Source of the DNA: Octopus bimaculoides
Lineage: Eukaryota
Length of the DNA stretch: 64,000 nt
Direction of reading: 5' to 3'
Assembly: GCF_001194135.2 (NCBI RefSeq)
Contig: NC_068992.1
Coordinates: forward strand, 13,170,102 to 13,234,101
Part shown: positions 24,550 through 38,306 of the stretch, piece by piece
Numbering within the stretch: position 1 is the first letter of the stretch
How the letters are laid out: each line of letters opens with the position of its first letter
Translations under genes and position numbers: made by a program
The notes under the pieces: model-generated
What the model was told of the DNA's origin: nothing
What the model saw: the letters and a program-made list of their open reading frames with translations, nothing else
Databases searched by the model: none

Positions 24550-25056
24550 CGGAATTTGCCTTTATCACATTTTACAATGCAATAGTTAATAAACTATTGT
24601 ATACTTCAACTGCCATATTCTGTCTGATGATCGTTAACATGACACTGTGGGTGCCAGCTGCTACAGCCTTTCAGCTTCAGTACAACAGGCCTCGAGTAAA
24701 TCTATAAAGAACTGCAATCCGGTGGTGGTAGACTATACAAGAATATTGAGAGATTTCTGTCGTCTTATTGCCGATGAACACCTTGTTTCACAGCGGATTT
24801 CTTGAAATTATACGTACGTATCTTACGAAATGTTTGACAGCAAATTCAGTTCGTGCGGGTCTTTAAAGAAGAATAAGTGATATATAAGAAATATAAGGGA
24901 TCTTGATCACACCTCGGTTGGCCTTGCAATCTACACATATGTGAATGAAACAATGTATGTGATGGATAGTTATTGAACAGTAACTTTATTTGTTGTGGAT
25001 ATTGTTGTCTTCAGGCGTACCTGAAACTAAAAAAAAAAAAAAATGAGTTAAGGAGC

Positions 25057-25303
25057 ATACATGAATATTTCAAAAGATTTAATCAGATGTTCAATGACAG
25101 CGAATCCTAAGAATAATAATATTTTGAAATATTAATGCGATAATGTGTGTTCGAAAAGATTAAAATTTTTGAAGGGATTTTATAAGATTTTTGAAGCGCA
25201 GAAGTCAGTTTGTGATAAACCGCTCAACTGTCATTTACATCTCATTACATGATGAAATATTGTGAGATAGATTAAGATAACTATATACCCAAACCTTGAA
25301 TAT
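25057..25303 (+). repeat. Unclassified 247-bp dispersed repeat, copy 2
   Basis: Collinear with 11319-11565. Confidence 0.85.
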
Positions 25304-25375
25304 AACACGTGTTGTCGATGATGAGGATAATGATGATGATGATGATGTTGATGATGATGATGATGATGATGATAA

Positions 25376-25671
25376 AGTGACCGAAAGCACTATACTGGCA
25401 GCGCAAGACCAAGCTATGGCCATGAACTGGAGGATTAACCTGAGGAATGAGCGTCTCTGCTGTACCACAGCTGTAACAGAGTGGCTAAAACCATTGGCAA
25501 TATCACGAACGAATAAACTAGACATGACCCAAGCCACTCCAAGTAGTGGCCTTGGGATCTGGTTGCGAAAGTGCTACATTGGAAACTGTGCACAAAGTAG
25601 GAGGCTAGAGGCAGCCAAGTCATGTTATGAGCACAAACCGCAGAGAGTGGTGGAGACGGAAACAAAGAAAG
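25376..25671 (+). mobile_element. R4/Dong-like retrotransposon remnant (post-RT/zinc-knuckle region)
   Basis: KVTESTILAAQDQAMAMNWR..LRKCYIGNC..LEAAKSCYEHKPQRVVETET matches R4-clade ETES.I.AAQDQA and WYEHKP..VVE motifs. Preceded by (GAT)n and truncated by a SINE. Confidence 0.85.
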
Positions 25672-25768
25672 TAGACCTCGGCGGAATTTGAATTCAGAAC
25701 GTAGCGAAGGGCGAAATATCGCTAATCATTTCGTCCAGTGTGCTAACGATTCTGGTAGCTTGACGCCT
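25672..25768 (+). mobile_element. SINE-like repeat, family A, 3' half with (TAA)n tail
   Basis: AAAGTAGACCTCGGCGGAATTTGAATTCAGAACGTAG..GTGCTAACGATTCTGG..GCCTTAATAAT. Confidence 0.85.
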
Positions 25769-25776
25769 TAATAATG

Positions 25777-25869
<93 letters not shown>

Positions 25870-25870
25870 T
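25769..25870. repeat. (TAA)n microsatellite
   Basis: Direct reading. Confidence 0.95.
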
Positions 25871-26079
25871 CAACAACAGCAACAAAAACAACAAGAACAA
25901 TAATAGTATTACAAGCACGTCCACCATCACCACGACCACTAGTACTTCGTTAGTGTTTCGGTAATGTGTTCCCTCACTTCACGTTCTGGTGGTAGATTTG
26001 TCAATGGGTTTGCCTCTCGAAATGTTTGAGTTGATTCTTATGCGAAATATTGCAAGTACCATTATTACAACTTTTGTTA

Positions 26080-26285
26080 GGTTGCAGGCTGGAAAAATCG
26101 TTAAACGCCCTGGGCAAAATTCTTCATATTTCTTCTGGTTCTGTATTTTCTGAGTTCAAATGCCGACGAGTTCGACTGGACCTCTCATCATATTCAAGTC
26201 GCGAATCACTCAAATACTGAGATCGCTGTAATGAACAAATCTCGCCCCTGAAAACTTCCTGGCTTCGTTCCAAAATTTGAAACAA
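26080..26285 (-). mobile_element. SINE-like repeat, family A
   Basis: GGCTGGAAAAATCGTTA..TTTTCTGAGTTCAAATGCCGACGAGTTCGAC..CCAAAATTTGAAAC, reverse orientation. Confidence 0.7.
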
Positions 26286-26884
26286 TTGTTATTGATATTT
26301 GTGTGCTTCGGTTACAGTATGAGAAGAGAGATATAAAAATGCATTGTGTTACTTGTTCTGGTTCATTTCTTTCCGAGGTCAAATCTTGCTGATGTCAACA
26401 TGTTCTTTCATCACTACCGATTTGATAACGCTTGCATCAATATAATCGATTAGTGTCGAAATTTTTAAGTAACCATTAAATAAAGAATTCAGTTTCATTA
26501 TTTCTTCGCCGGAAACAGTTATAGCTTTGTGAGTTTGAATATCAGAATCCAAGAGCGAGAACAGTAGAAGACAGAAAACTCAGACATCAGAGGTTGCCAA
26601 ACGAACTTATTCAAAGTAGAAATGTCCCTGTGGTCAATGGCACACGAATACTTTAGTTTTGTACAGTATATTTATAAGGTGATGGTTGTTCATATCATTT
26701 CATTTCGTCTTCTAGAAGTGCATATTATATTTTCGCGATATAGCAAATCTGAGATGTATTTATCAGATGCTTATCACTCGGTATCCCGTACTTAAAATGG
26801 ATCATCTGCAAAGTTAAGATCGCTGCACTACTATAAAGCCCAGCAAAATTTATCTAAAATTAATTTATAAGTTAAAAAAAAAGT

Positions 26885-27046
26885 GGGACGGTCTTCTACT
26901 TTAATTGTCGGTTGCAGTTCTTCATAGAGCAACGTGAAATGAAGTGCTTTGCTCAAGAACACAACGCAACGCCCGGTCTCGGAATCGATCCCTAGATCTC
27001 TCAATCGTGAGTGCAACATTCTAACCACTAACTCATGCGCCTTCAA
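26885..27046 (-). mobile_element. tRNA-derived CORE-type SINE, 5' part
   Basis: Minus strand GGCGCATGAGTTAGTGGTTAGA (A box) .. GGGATCGATTCC (B box) .. TTGTGTTCTTGAGCAAAGCACTTCATTTCAC (CORE-like). Confidence 0.75.
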
Positions 27047-27267
27047 AATGCTGACATACATGCATACATACACACATATATATATATACATATATATGTA
27101 TACGTACATACATACAAACACACGCATACATATATGTATATANNNNNNNNNNNNNNNNNNNNNNNNNNNNNNNNNNNNNNNNNNNNNNNNNNNNNNNNNN
27201 NNNNNNNNNNNNNNNNNNNNNNNNNNNNTATATATATATATATGTATATACATGTAGAGAGACAGAC

Positions 27268-27313
<46 letters not shown>

Positions 27314-27613
27314 GGAGAAAGAGAGGAGAGGTGCATATGTATGCATAAATGCATATTGTGTATTAGATTCTGTCCTAGTTAATATCAATGAAATTAATCT
27401 GTATTTAGATTATATTTGAAACGTCAAGATTATCGTCAACTAACACCTTTGAATTTTTTTTCATATTGCCAAGTTAATGACGGGCGTAATTATCATTAAA
27501 AAATATACAATTAACAGTATAGCTTTCTTGATATTGTTGATGATGTTTGTTAAGAGATTGTTGTTATTATTGTTGATACAGGTGATGGTGGTGGTAGTTC
27601 CGTGTCCAAAGAG

Positions 27614-27660
27614 GGTGATCTCTGTATAGGTGATCTCTGTATAGGTGATCTCTTAGGTGA
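27614..27660. repeat. 15-bp tandem repeat, about 2.7 copies
   Basis: Unit GGTGATCTCTGTATA. Confidence 0.8.
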
Positions 27661-27934
27661 CGAGTGACAAATTCACGTGGCCTTCTCAATCCTTAAGCGT
27701 CAAAATCCTAGAACAATGGAAATAAACTAATCTAGTGTGGAGGTAAATGTGTTAGAGATAATCCTTAGGTATTCGAACACAATACACACATAAAAACATA
27801 ATATTTTTGTGGGGGATATTAGCAAAACTTACATACATTCATACATGCATATAATATGTGTCTGTGTGTATGTGTGTATTCGTTTGTATCTAAGTGTGTA
27901 CATGTACACGTATATGTATATGCATTTTATTGTT

Positions 27935-28060
27935 TAATTCTTCTACTTGGTTGAGTCATTTGACTGCAGCCATGCTGCAGCACCACCTTAAGGGGTTTTA
28001 GTCGAACAAATCGTCCCTAAGTCTTATTCTTTGTAAAGCATAGTACTTATACCATCACTT
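27935..28060 (-). mobile_element. CORE-SINE family B, 3' end
   Basis: Plus strand AGTCATTTGACTGCAGCCATGCTGCAGCACCACCTT..AGTCGAACAAATCG is the reverse complement of the family B tail. Confidence 0.8.
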
Positions 28061-28149
28061 TGTATGTATTTATGCGTGCATGTATAGAGGCATATAGCGT
28101 CATGCCTGCTTGATGAGGCGATATAAATAATCATTTCGACTAGAGGTGC

Positions 28150-28345
28150 AATGCATGGGAGAGGGAGCCTTGGCGATATCATCGACTGCAATTAAAGGAC
28201 CAGTTGGTCCTTTAATTTATCTTTCCTGAGTACAATTAAAGACAAAGTCGACCTCAGCAGCGTTTGAACTCCAAATGTAAGGACGGACGAAACGCTGTTA
28301 AGCATTTTTTCCGCTGTGCTAGCGTTTCTATTAGCTCACCACATT
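28150..28345 (+). mobile_element. SINE-like repeat, family A, with internal palindrome
   Basis: AAAGTCGACCTCAGCAGCGTTTGAACTCC..GGACGAAACGCTGTTAAGCATTTT..GTGCTAGCG. Confidence 0.75.
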
Positions 28346-28350
28346 GAAGG

Positions 28351-28397
<47 letters not shown>

Positions 28398-28414
28398 GAT
28401 GCTGTATTGATATC

Positions 28415-28652
28415 CAGTAATCACCCGCCATATTGCGGTTCACATATCGCGGTTAACCTATCACGGTTTATTGTTTAAGCTTACGTCGATTCCTCCGTGG
28501 TGTTGTTTTGCATTTATAATAAAATAAATATATACAAATTAAATAAATAATAAAAACAAAATATGCAGTACAGTACTGTTTCTACTTCGTTGATTTCCGC
28601 ACATAACGGGGCGTTTTGGAACGTAATACCCGCGATAGTTGAGGGATTAGTG
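28415..28652. mobile_element. pogo/Tigger-type MITE (about 240 bp)
   Basis: Imperfect TIRs CAGTAATCACCCGCCATATTGCGG and CCCGCGATAGTTGAGGGATTAGTG, TA after the right end, AT-rich non-coding interior. Confidence 0.65.
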
Positions 28653-29615
28653 TATGTTATTAGAATTGGTCGTATGGGATTAGTTTATGAAATTATGAAG
28701 CACTACACAGAATTCATACAGCAAAATATCTTTCGTTTAGTGACATTTCAAAATCAAAATTGATATACCTCGAAAATGTATTTTTATATATTTTAAATTA
28801 GTAGTATTACTTAGTGAAAATGCATCATTTAAATAAATATCAACCAAACCTGTATTATGAATAATATTTTAATTCCATAATAATAATTTTATTACGTGTG
28901 TATGTAAAAGATATATACCAGTATTAGCGGTTATAATCCTCCTACGTTAATCGTCGTTGTACTGAGATTTCCTCGATGAAGGCCGACTACCAATTAGAGA
29001 AAATATTTTTCTTCTGAGTTCCCCACGGCAGAATGTGTGCACGTAAATATTATTGAACATGGAATTCATATAGTTAATATTTGATGAAAAACGCACGTGC
29101 ACTAACACGCATACACTGTTGCACACACATAAACACAAACATATATATAAATAGCACGTTGCTTGGTTGCTATCGAAACTATTTATCTTTTGATTGCGAC
29201 ATAAAGCATTGATATGTGTACACCTTGATAGCATGACATAGCTATAGTTAGACAATAGAAGAATTAAGCCGAATTTATGTCGTGTTGCTTAATTTGCAAA
29301 AGAAATGATAACTTTGATCTATCTTCGTAATGTTGTCTTGAATTTACAAATTTTCGTTTCCAATGCTAGGAATCTCGAATTAATACTTTGTTTTTCAATT
29401 CGAATTTGTTAAGAATAATTTTAAATAAAGTAAAAGCAATAGTAGACGTAGTAATAATATTTTAGTAAAATTTACTAACACACGCAGAAACAGTCACACA
29501 TACGTACATGCGTACATACAAACATACATGCATGTATACGTGTATAAAGGCATACATGGGTACATAAATACTTGCATACACATATACGTGCGTACGCACA
29601 TACACTCATACATAC

Positions 29616-29657
<42 letters not shown>

Positions 29658-30301
29658 NNNNNNNNNNNNNNNNNNNNNNNNNNNNNNNNNNNNNNNNNNN
29701 NNNNNNNNNNNNNNNNNNNNNNNNNNNNNNNNNNNNNNNNNNNNNNNNNNNNNNNNNNNNNNNNNNNNNNNNNNNNNNNNNNNNNNNNNNNNNNNNNNNN
29801 NNNNNNNNNNNNNNNNNNNNNNNNNNNNNNNNNNNNNNNNNNNNNNNNNNNNNNNNNNNNNNNNNNNNNNNNNNNNNNNNNNNNNNNNNNNNNNNNNNNN
29901 NNNNNNNNNNNNNNNNNNNNNNNNNNNNNNNNNNNNNNNNNNNNNNNNNNNNNNNNNNNNNNNNNNNNNNNNNNNNNNNNNNNNNNNNNNNNNNNNNNNN
30001 NNNNNNNNNNNNNNNNNNNNNNNNNNNNNNNNNNNNNNNNNNNNNNNNNNNNNNNNNNNNNNNNNNNNNNNNNNNNNNNNNNNNNNNNNNNNNNNNNNNN
30101 NNNNNNNNNNNNNNNNNNNNNNNNNNNNNNNNNNNNNNNNNNNNNNNNNNNNNNNNNNNNNNNNNNNNNNNNNNNNNNNNNNNNNNNNNNNNNNNNNNNN
30201 NNNNNNNNNNNNNNNNNNNNNNNNNNNNNNNNNNNNNNNNNNNNNNNNNNNNNNNNNNNNNNNNNNNNNNNNNNNNNNNNNNNNNNNNNNNNNNNNNNNN
30301 N

Positions 30302-30375
<74 letters not shown>

Positions 30376-30492
30376 CGACGAGCTTCTCGCAGTTTGTGTC
30401 TACCTAATCCACTCACAAGGCTTTGGTCGGCCCGAGGCTATAATAGAAGGTACTAGACGAAGGCGCCATGCGGTGCCATGCGGTGCCATGCA
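30376..30492 (-). mobile_element. CORE-SINE family B fragment ending in a triplicated 10-mer
   Basis: CGACGAGCTTCTCGCAGTTT..AATCCACTCACAAGGCTTTGGTCGGCCCGAGGCTATA (reverse of the family B body), then GG(C/T)GCCATGC x3. Confidence 0.8.
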
Positions 30493-30959
30493 TGTATACA
30501 TATATTGTTGCGACACTGGTGCAATGCTTTTAAATAGCTTAAATTACACATATACAAACTCTCACTTACTCTGCTATCTGGTTCAAACAGTTAAAGGAAT
30601 GGACTAAAATTCAAGGCAAAGATCTGCGTTTGTTAGTTCCTGTTGTATCCTTACACTTTATATTATTTCAATGCTGGAAATTGATAGTGATTTTCAATCA
30701 CATTGCATTGCTAGAGGTATTGATAATAGATTTTGTGTTCGAAATGTCTGTATGAATGGACTAATACACTAAAAAATAACATAATACATTAATCTGAGTT
30801 TAATGTTCGCAACACACTATGCTTTCGAAAATGAGATTCATTCTAAAAGTTCAGTATATATTTAAAGTATACACGCAAAAACTAATTTTGTTTTCTTAGA
30901 TTTGTCTTATGGAAGGTGAGAAAAGTGACTTCCGACGAATCTACTACAGACTCTTCGGA

Positions 30960-31810
30960 TTTCCAAATATTTGGCAGATCTGGGTTTCCATTTGAACATG
31001 GCTTTTGTTTTCATCTGCTTTGCTCTTTGTACAGTGTGTACTTCTGTTTCTTCTAATTGCGTCTCAGTGTCGTTGATCCCTCTATATACTTCTTTGCCTC
31101 TTTTGATAATATGTACGCTTTTGTTTTAGTCTTCAGTATTTGCAGACATGTTTATACATCTGGTCATTGCTATTCTTTAGACTGGCGTCTGCCCTTGCAA
31201 TTGCTGTCTTTAGAGATAATTACAGCTGCAACTCTTCATAACTTCCATCCTTTCGAAGTAAGTATATTCTATCCACATCAGCCTTTGGGTTATGCATGTA
31301 GTGCACTGAGAGGAGATTGCATATCGCATTTTATCATTTTTTACTGATTTCACAGACTATTCTCTGATATTAAATCTTTAGGATACAACATGTATAGCTA
31401 AAGTATTGACTACGTAAATCCTGTCTTTTTTTTTTTAGTTCGCCTTTTAAGATCGCCCTAATTCTTTCTGTATGTTTTCGCACAATTCCGATTGCTGGAT
31501 GTCGTCCATTTTAAACAGACATAAACATTGGCAATGCGTTGGGGATGTAATTCCTTGGTGGTGATAGACTTATTTGTATACATGCTGTTCGTTTTCTGAC
31601 AGACTTTGAACATCTGAGTATTTTCATTTCAACTGTAATCACTTAGCTACATCAACGTCTGTGATAATTTCGTGGTGTACCTCAGAGTATTTGTCGTTCT
31701 AGGTTCGACTTTCTTCCGTGGAGGTATATTTGTATTATTATTTACATCAGTCTTTGAATGACTATAGGCATTGGTCATACAATCGAATTTGTTGGGTGCC
31801 AAGATTCCCT
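30960..31810 (-). mobile_element. R4/Dong-like retrotransposon RT remnant
   Basis: Minus strand TERIRAILKGEL..DRIYVVNTLAIHVVS, MHNPKADVDRIYLLRKDG, KTAIARADASLKNSNDQM..SKEAKKY..VQRAKQMKTKA match R4-clade motifs such as HPKADV.RLY..R..GGRGL. Confidence 0.85.
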
Positions 31811-31936
31811 AAAAAAAAGTATTTTTCTTTAGGACATTACCAAGCTATCACAATCTATTTGGTCTGTTAGTAATGTTTTTCTCCTCCCGTTGAAGTATGC
31901 TTCTTTCGTATATGCATACGTGTATGTGAATATATG

Positions 31937-31982
<46 letters not shown>

Positions 31983-33145
31983 CATGTATGTATGTATGTA
32001 TGTATGTATGTGTATGTGTGTGTGTGTGTGTGTGTGTGTATGTAAATGATGTATTTGTCTCATATTCTCACTCTCTGTGTTGATCACTCCGTCATAGCAT
32101 GCATTTCACACGTAGCTACAAAGTATGGAATGGTAAAAGTTATTCCGTTAGATAATTAAGAATAGATTTTGGATTTTCGTGCCAATGTTTGTTGCTTAAC
32201 TCATAAATATGGAAATTGGACATTTTATTTTAGTGTTGTTTAAAAAGCTGGCATTATCTGACAATGAGGAATAGAGACTGACGGACACTGATATTGTATG
32301 TACGTGTGTGCATGTCTTTCGTAATGTATGTACTTATGCTATTATGAAGTGTATGATTATGTATGTTAATGCTTTTGTGTTTGAGTTAAGTTTATGCTTG
32401 GCATTTGAAGAAATCATGTTGGGAAAGGATATGTTGGTGAGCAAGAGAATTATGCTGAGAGAAATGGAATAGAAATATTTTATTTCTAGTAGACTAGAGA
32501 ATTGGTATGCTATTTTTTTCTTTGTTTCAATTTTCAGAATATGTACAGGAAACATGAATACATAGCTCACATATCAATCAAGTACCTGACAATTTTGCGA
32601 CAATTACAGGTGGCTATAAATTAACTGCTCCTGTGTGAATGTTTATATATTTATTATACGTGTGTGAGTATGAATGTATATATATATATATATATATATN
32701 NNNNNNNNNNNNNNNNNNNNNNNNNNNNNNNNNNNNNNNNNNNNNNNNNNNNNNNNNNNNNNNNNNNNNNNNNNNNNNNNNNNNNNNNNNNNNNNNNNNN
32801 NNNNNNNNNNNNNNNNNNNNNNNNNNNNNNNNNNNNNNNNNNNNNNNNNNNNNNNNNNNNNNNNNNNNNNNNNNNNNNNNNNNNNNNNNNNNNNNNNNNN
32901 NNNNNNNNNNNNNNNNNNNNNNNNNNNNNNNNNNNNNNNNNNNNNNNNNNNNNNNNNNNNNNNNNNNNNNNNNNNNNNNNNNNNNNNNNNNNNNNNNNNN
33001 NNNNNNNNNNNNNNNNNNNNNNNNNNNNNNNNNNNNNNNNNNNNNNNNNNNNNNNNNNNNNNNNNNNNNNNNNNNNNNNNNNNNNNNNNNNNNNNNNNNN
33101 NNNNNNNNNNNNNNNNNNNNNNNNNNNNNNNNNNNNNNNNNNNNN

Positions 33146-33176
<31 letters not shown>

Positions 33177-36042
33177 ACATATACGTAAATACACACATAC
33201 ACCTTTACTCTGCAAGTTTCAATGTCCATACATGCCTATCTACTTCTGTGATTTTGCGTCTTCCCTGTATATTAACAGACAACGTCATACCCTATCAAAT
33301 AGTGGCCCACGTTTGACTGTTTGATAATGACTTTTGAAATGAATTCTCCGTCACATAGGACGGTCTCTATGTTGCAGTGACCGGCCGCAAAGGGGACATG
33401 TGTTGTTACCTTGAATTAGCATCCCGTTTCTGAGTGAGGTGTGAGCTATCTACTAAAGTATCTTTATATTCGTTTCACAGTTAAAATAAGTTCTCAAAGA
33501 GTGCATGTTAAATGATTTATGAAGCTTATTTCACGGAGAAATTGTTTATCAACTAAGCTGAGGAGGCTAAGAGATTTCGGAGTGTTGGCCCGGTAATTCG
33601 TATGCCTATCTAGGTAGATGAATATTCGCCTCCATCAATGTTACCAAAGGATCGTGTCTGCAGGGGCAAACTCTAGTTGAGGGGAATTTCTGACCGATTA
33701 AATTCAGCCCAAAATGCCAATAGTTTTTTTGCACATCGGCCCAGTCGTAGGCAGTCATCGCTACTTCAGAGCGTCTCTATGGAAGTTGAGTAGATGTATT
33801 TCTACATGTCAGCATATAAAACCAATGTGCATGGATATTACTGCATTGAAGACAGGTTTCGAAAATTTAATGAGGAATTAATAGTGTACTGAGAGTTATT
33901 ATGTTTACATTTATACATATCCGAGTATATTTGGAAAAGTAAATTACATGATTTTTATTTCATTTTTTTTTCAATTCTGTATTTATGTGTCGATATTTAA
34001 ACCGTTCTGCGTGTGACACTGAATATCCAATTCTAAAGAGTACCTTATTCATCCTAATCTTAGCCCTACTCCTTAGATATCTTACTCCAATTCAAATCCA
34101 ACTGGCCAATAATTTTTCCTCTCCTAAGTCTATTATCCTATTCTCAACGCTTCCTGAATATTAAACGGTCATCTGCATGGGGATAGGTATAATTAATAGG
34201 ATAAGCATATGTACTCACACCAGTGAAAATTTTGCAATCTCATGTTTCAGATACATGCAAACCACAGATACTAAATGTAGCGTTAATTGCTTCAAGATAG
34301 AGAGACTCCCAAGTTGTTACAAATTTCGGAAACTGACTTATATCACTCTGCTCCCATGCGCATTCAGAACGTTTTTTTGATTTAGCGTGTGTACTGACAT
34401 AAGACCTATGACTAAGTTTCTGTGCACTTTTAATAAGCTTCAAAATGTTGCAAGTAACCGAACAAAACAGCTGCTTCGCTATTCTCCTTGTACTTCCTGC
34501 AACATTCGCCCAATAGTTATAAGGCTGTGCATAAACTGAATTGCTCACAAATGTCTAACTTGAAAAGATTCTCGGCAATGTACGTCATTATCTCATTAAC
34601 ATATAATCATATATAGGAACACGGTATATAGAACAACTGTAATGGCTGGTTATTGAATGGCAATCACTGTGCCTACACGTGCGTTGCAAGTATAATTTAT
34701 AACCCACGTACGAAAAGCAGTACTGTTCACTAGATACAAAATACCAATGTGCGATAGCCTACCGCATTTATACTATAAGTGTTGTAATTAAGAATGGAGA
34801 GACGGGAAAGTTACAAAAATCTGTTTGCTAGTCGCTTCGTATGACGTCAAGTAACCCGCCAAACTAAGTGTTCTCTGATGATTAAATAAGAAGTATTTTG
34901 TTAGTAGTACTCCAGCTTAGTACGTATATAAATACACATTGCGAACTATTCTAGGTATATTACATTAATTTGAAGATTCAATGCTATATTGATTTTCTTC
35001 TTTGGCTTCACACCGAAAGAGAGAAAAAAAATAAAGTTAATATTAATTATATTCTGAACGTGCTGTATTACTGGTATTTACGCAAAGAAAGATAAAGAGC
35101 CAATTTAATAAGATCAAGATTTCATTTCAGTAATTCGAGTATAGAACTAAAACAACGAAAATTGTGAGCCTTTTGTTGAAGGCTGCCCATACATCAAAGT
35201 TTCTTTTTACTAGATAAGGTGGGTGTGTACTGTAGCATCAAGATAATTTCGAAATAAAATTGAAATGATTGCAAATAAAAGAAAAGTTTGTTAATTTCAG
35301 CATAGTGATCTTTACGTGAACCGCGAAATCACAAAAGCACGTTTTCCTGAGAAAGTGTAAATAGTAATTATGTATATATATATCTTACAACGTTTGACCA
35401 TAACCAGTTCAGCATCTCCCTTAGTGACTGACGATATGCGCATCTCTGATCACGAGCAGTAGTTGGGGAGCATCATAGTGATGTGCTGAAAGGAATTCTT
35501 AGGGCTTAGATAATTGGGTATACTGGGTTTCATATATTTGTACCCCAGTGTTACTTTGATGGCATGTTCTTCTCTCTCATTCAATAATGTTGATGATTAT
35601 GATGATGATGATGATGATGAAATTCTTCCTCAAATAATTCGGTGTATTACTGGTACGTTATTCAATTTATGAATGCTTGTGCAAATGCAAATTCAAGCGT
35701 GACTGGACAACATAAAATTGGTAATGAAAAAATAAATAAATCAAATTCTGAAACGGTCTCTGCTTGGTAAACTATATACAATTTATTATTTTGCTTTCAG
35801 TTTTCCGTTGCTTTAATATATATATGGATATGTGTATGTGTGTATGTGTGTATGTGTGTATAGATGTATGGCTCTTTGTGTATATCTGTGCGCGATTGTG
35901 TATAACTAGGTATACAAATACATACGCAGATGTATACATTGGTATATACATAACATACATACATATACGCACAGGCACACACATACATACATAAATATAT
36001 GCCTATATCCAGATTGTATATGTGTGTACACGTGTGTACACG

Positions 36043-36074
<32 letters not shown>

Positions 36075-36087
36075 CGTGTACACACAT

Positions 36088-36123
<36 letters not shown>

Positions 36124-36282
36124 NNNNNNNNNNNNNNNNNNNNNNNNNNNNNNNNNNNNNNNNNNNNNNNNNNNNNNNNNNNNNNNNNNNNNNNNNNNNN
36201 NNNNNNNNNNNNNNNNNNNNNNNNNNNNNNNNNNNNNNNNNNNNNNNNNNNNNNNNNNNNNNNNNNNNNNNNNNNNNNNNNN

Positions 36283-36331
<49 letters not shown>

Positions 36332-36951
36332 CATGTATGCATCTGTATACAGCTCTGAGTATACACAAATATTGTCTTAATAAGCACAGTCTATTCAAAA
36401 ACGCAATGAGATGAAATTAACTAGGATATTGAACTGGAAATAATGTCGATCTATAGAAAGTTATGTGAAGTTCTATTATTCTGGGAGACTATTGATAAGG
36501 TTAGAGAGGTAACATGGTGAAAGAAGAATTATTTCGTTAATGGAAAACAATGAAAGAAAATAAAGAATCAAACGTTTGAAGTTATAGAATGTTAAACGTG
36601 TGTAAGTAATAATTCCTCTCATGCTGACCCCACGCCAAAGCCAGACATACTCCGCCACCAATGCCAACCAACAACAACAACAACAATAACAACACCAACA
36701 CTCACACACACACACCGAGATACACACTTTGATATAAAGCCAAACATTACGCACACACATATGTGGTTGGATATATTTGTCGGTGGGTGGAGCATGTTTT
36801 TACACAACTTATCTCGCTATCTATTTGGCTCTCACTTACTCTTTTTCTCTCTCTGCCTATCTAAACTATATCTATACATACACAAACGCACAGACATATT
36901 TGTTGATATTTATATGCTCGTGTAGTAGTGCATATATGTACGTATAATTAG

Positions 36952-36989
<38 letters not shown>

Positions 36990-37674
36990 CTGTGTGTATG
37001 TGTGTGAGGGTAGAAATATATATATATATATGTGTTTATTCACAGAAAGCGAGAACACTCACACATACACACAAACGTATATATCGTGAGTTACCCTACA
37101 GGAAAAGTTGTACTCTTATACATATGCACACGCAAGCATTGTTTACCACATTAACACACACACACATGTATACATTCTTTTAATCTTATACACACACACA
37201 CACACACATACACACTCACACAGAAGCACGCACATTAACATATAAAAAAAGTGATATTTATTATACATTACAATACAGACCCCAATGCACTACGTAAGTG
37301 AAGCTAATGTGCAATTATCGCCACCTTCTTACTGGCTTTTCTGCTGGAACCAAGCGATCCAACTAGTTTGTGCTGAAACAATGAACGCTCCCTTGGTAAT
37401 AATTAGAACGCTAAGACTTTTCAATAGATGTATAGTAGTTCATTAATTATGAACAAGATGAAAGGTAAAAAAAAATGTAGGAGTTTGTGGGATTAGATAC
37501 CGCCAAAAATAAAATATGATTGTAAAAAAATAATGAGTATATAGCTTATGAAACTAAACAATTTCAAAGATGAATGAAAAGCCATCATTCTCCTTTCATT
37601 TTCTTGGTTTGTGAAGGCTGAATCGTTTGATATATGGTCATGGGTATATGGAACAATAGCATATTAGTTTACGC

Positions 37675-37713
<39 letters not shown>

Positions 37714-38177
37714 TGCATGTACACACATTCGTATAACTATCCATATCCATCTATCTATATGTGTAAACAGACTCATACATGTGTATGTATATAGCCCGGA
37801 CTGAGGAGGGTGATGTTTGTCGTTGCCTTTGTTCGTGATGCGAGTGCCTAATCATATATAACACATCTAAGTTTATATGAACATATGTTTGCGAGCTTAT
37901 ATGTATATACGCATATCTATACTGTTCTATAACAGCGCACGCGTACAAACAAAATGCTTCTCTATGAAAATATTTTGGCATTTCTTTAAATGCATATATT
38001 AGTAAATGTGCGTGCGCGCGTATCAGCACGCGTGTGTGTGTGTATGTATGTCTGTGTTGTGTGTGTGTATGTATGTCTGTGTTATGTGTGTATTCAGAAA
38101 GTCATCAGTTTTGATATGTCTATATATTTATGTGTGAATGTATGTATGCATTGTATGTATGCATGTATGAGCGTGGT

Positions 38178-38306
<129 letters not shown>

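Noticed and set aside
29475-30607. Long ORFs in the track running through N-gaps (also at 3.0-4.0, 16.1, 18.3, 20.1, 22.4, 32.7, 36.1, 42.5, 46.6, 52.8 and 54.1 kb)
   Set aside because: Their length comes from unknown bases (X) plus microsatellite translation; they are assembly artefacts.
34240-34548. 102-aa minus-strand ORF in non-repetitive sequence
   Set aside because: It starts at GTG, has no recognisable domain, and the stop lies upstream of the nearest good donor. Not supportable without expression data.
35405-35620. GC-richer block ending in (GAT)n, resembling a LINE 3' UTR
   Set aside because: There is no second copy or coding motif in the window to support a call.
37279-37293. 15-nt plus-strand microexon candidate followed by GTAAGT
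   Set aside because: Poor polypyrimidine tract; expected by chance in 64 kb.
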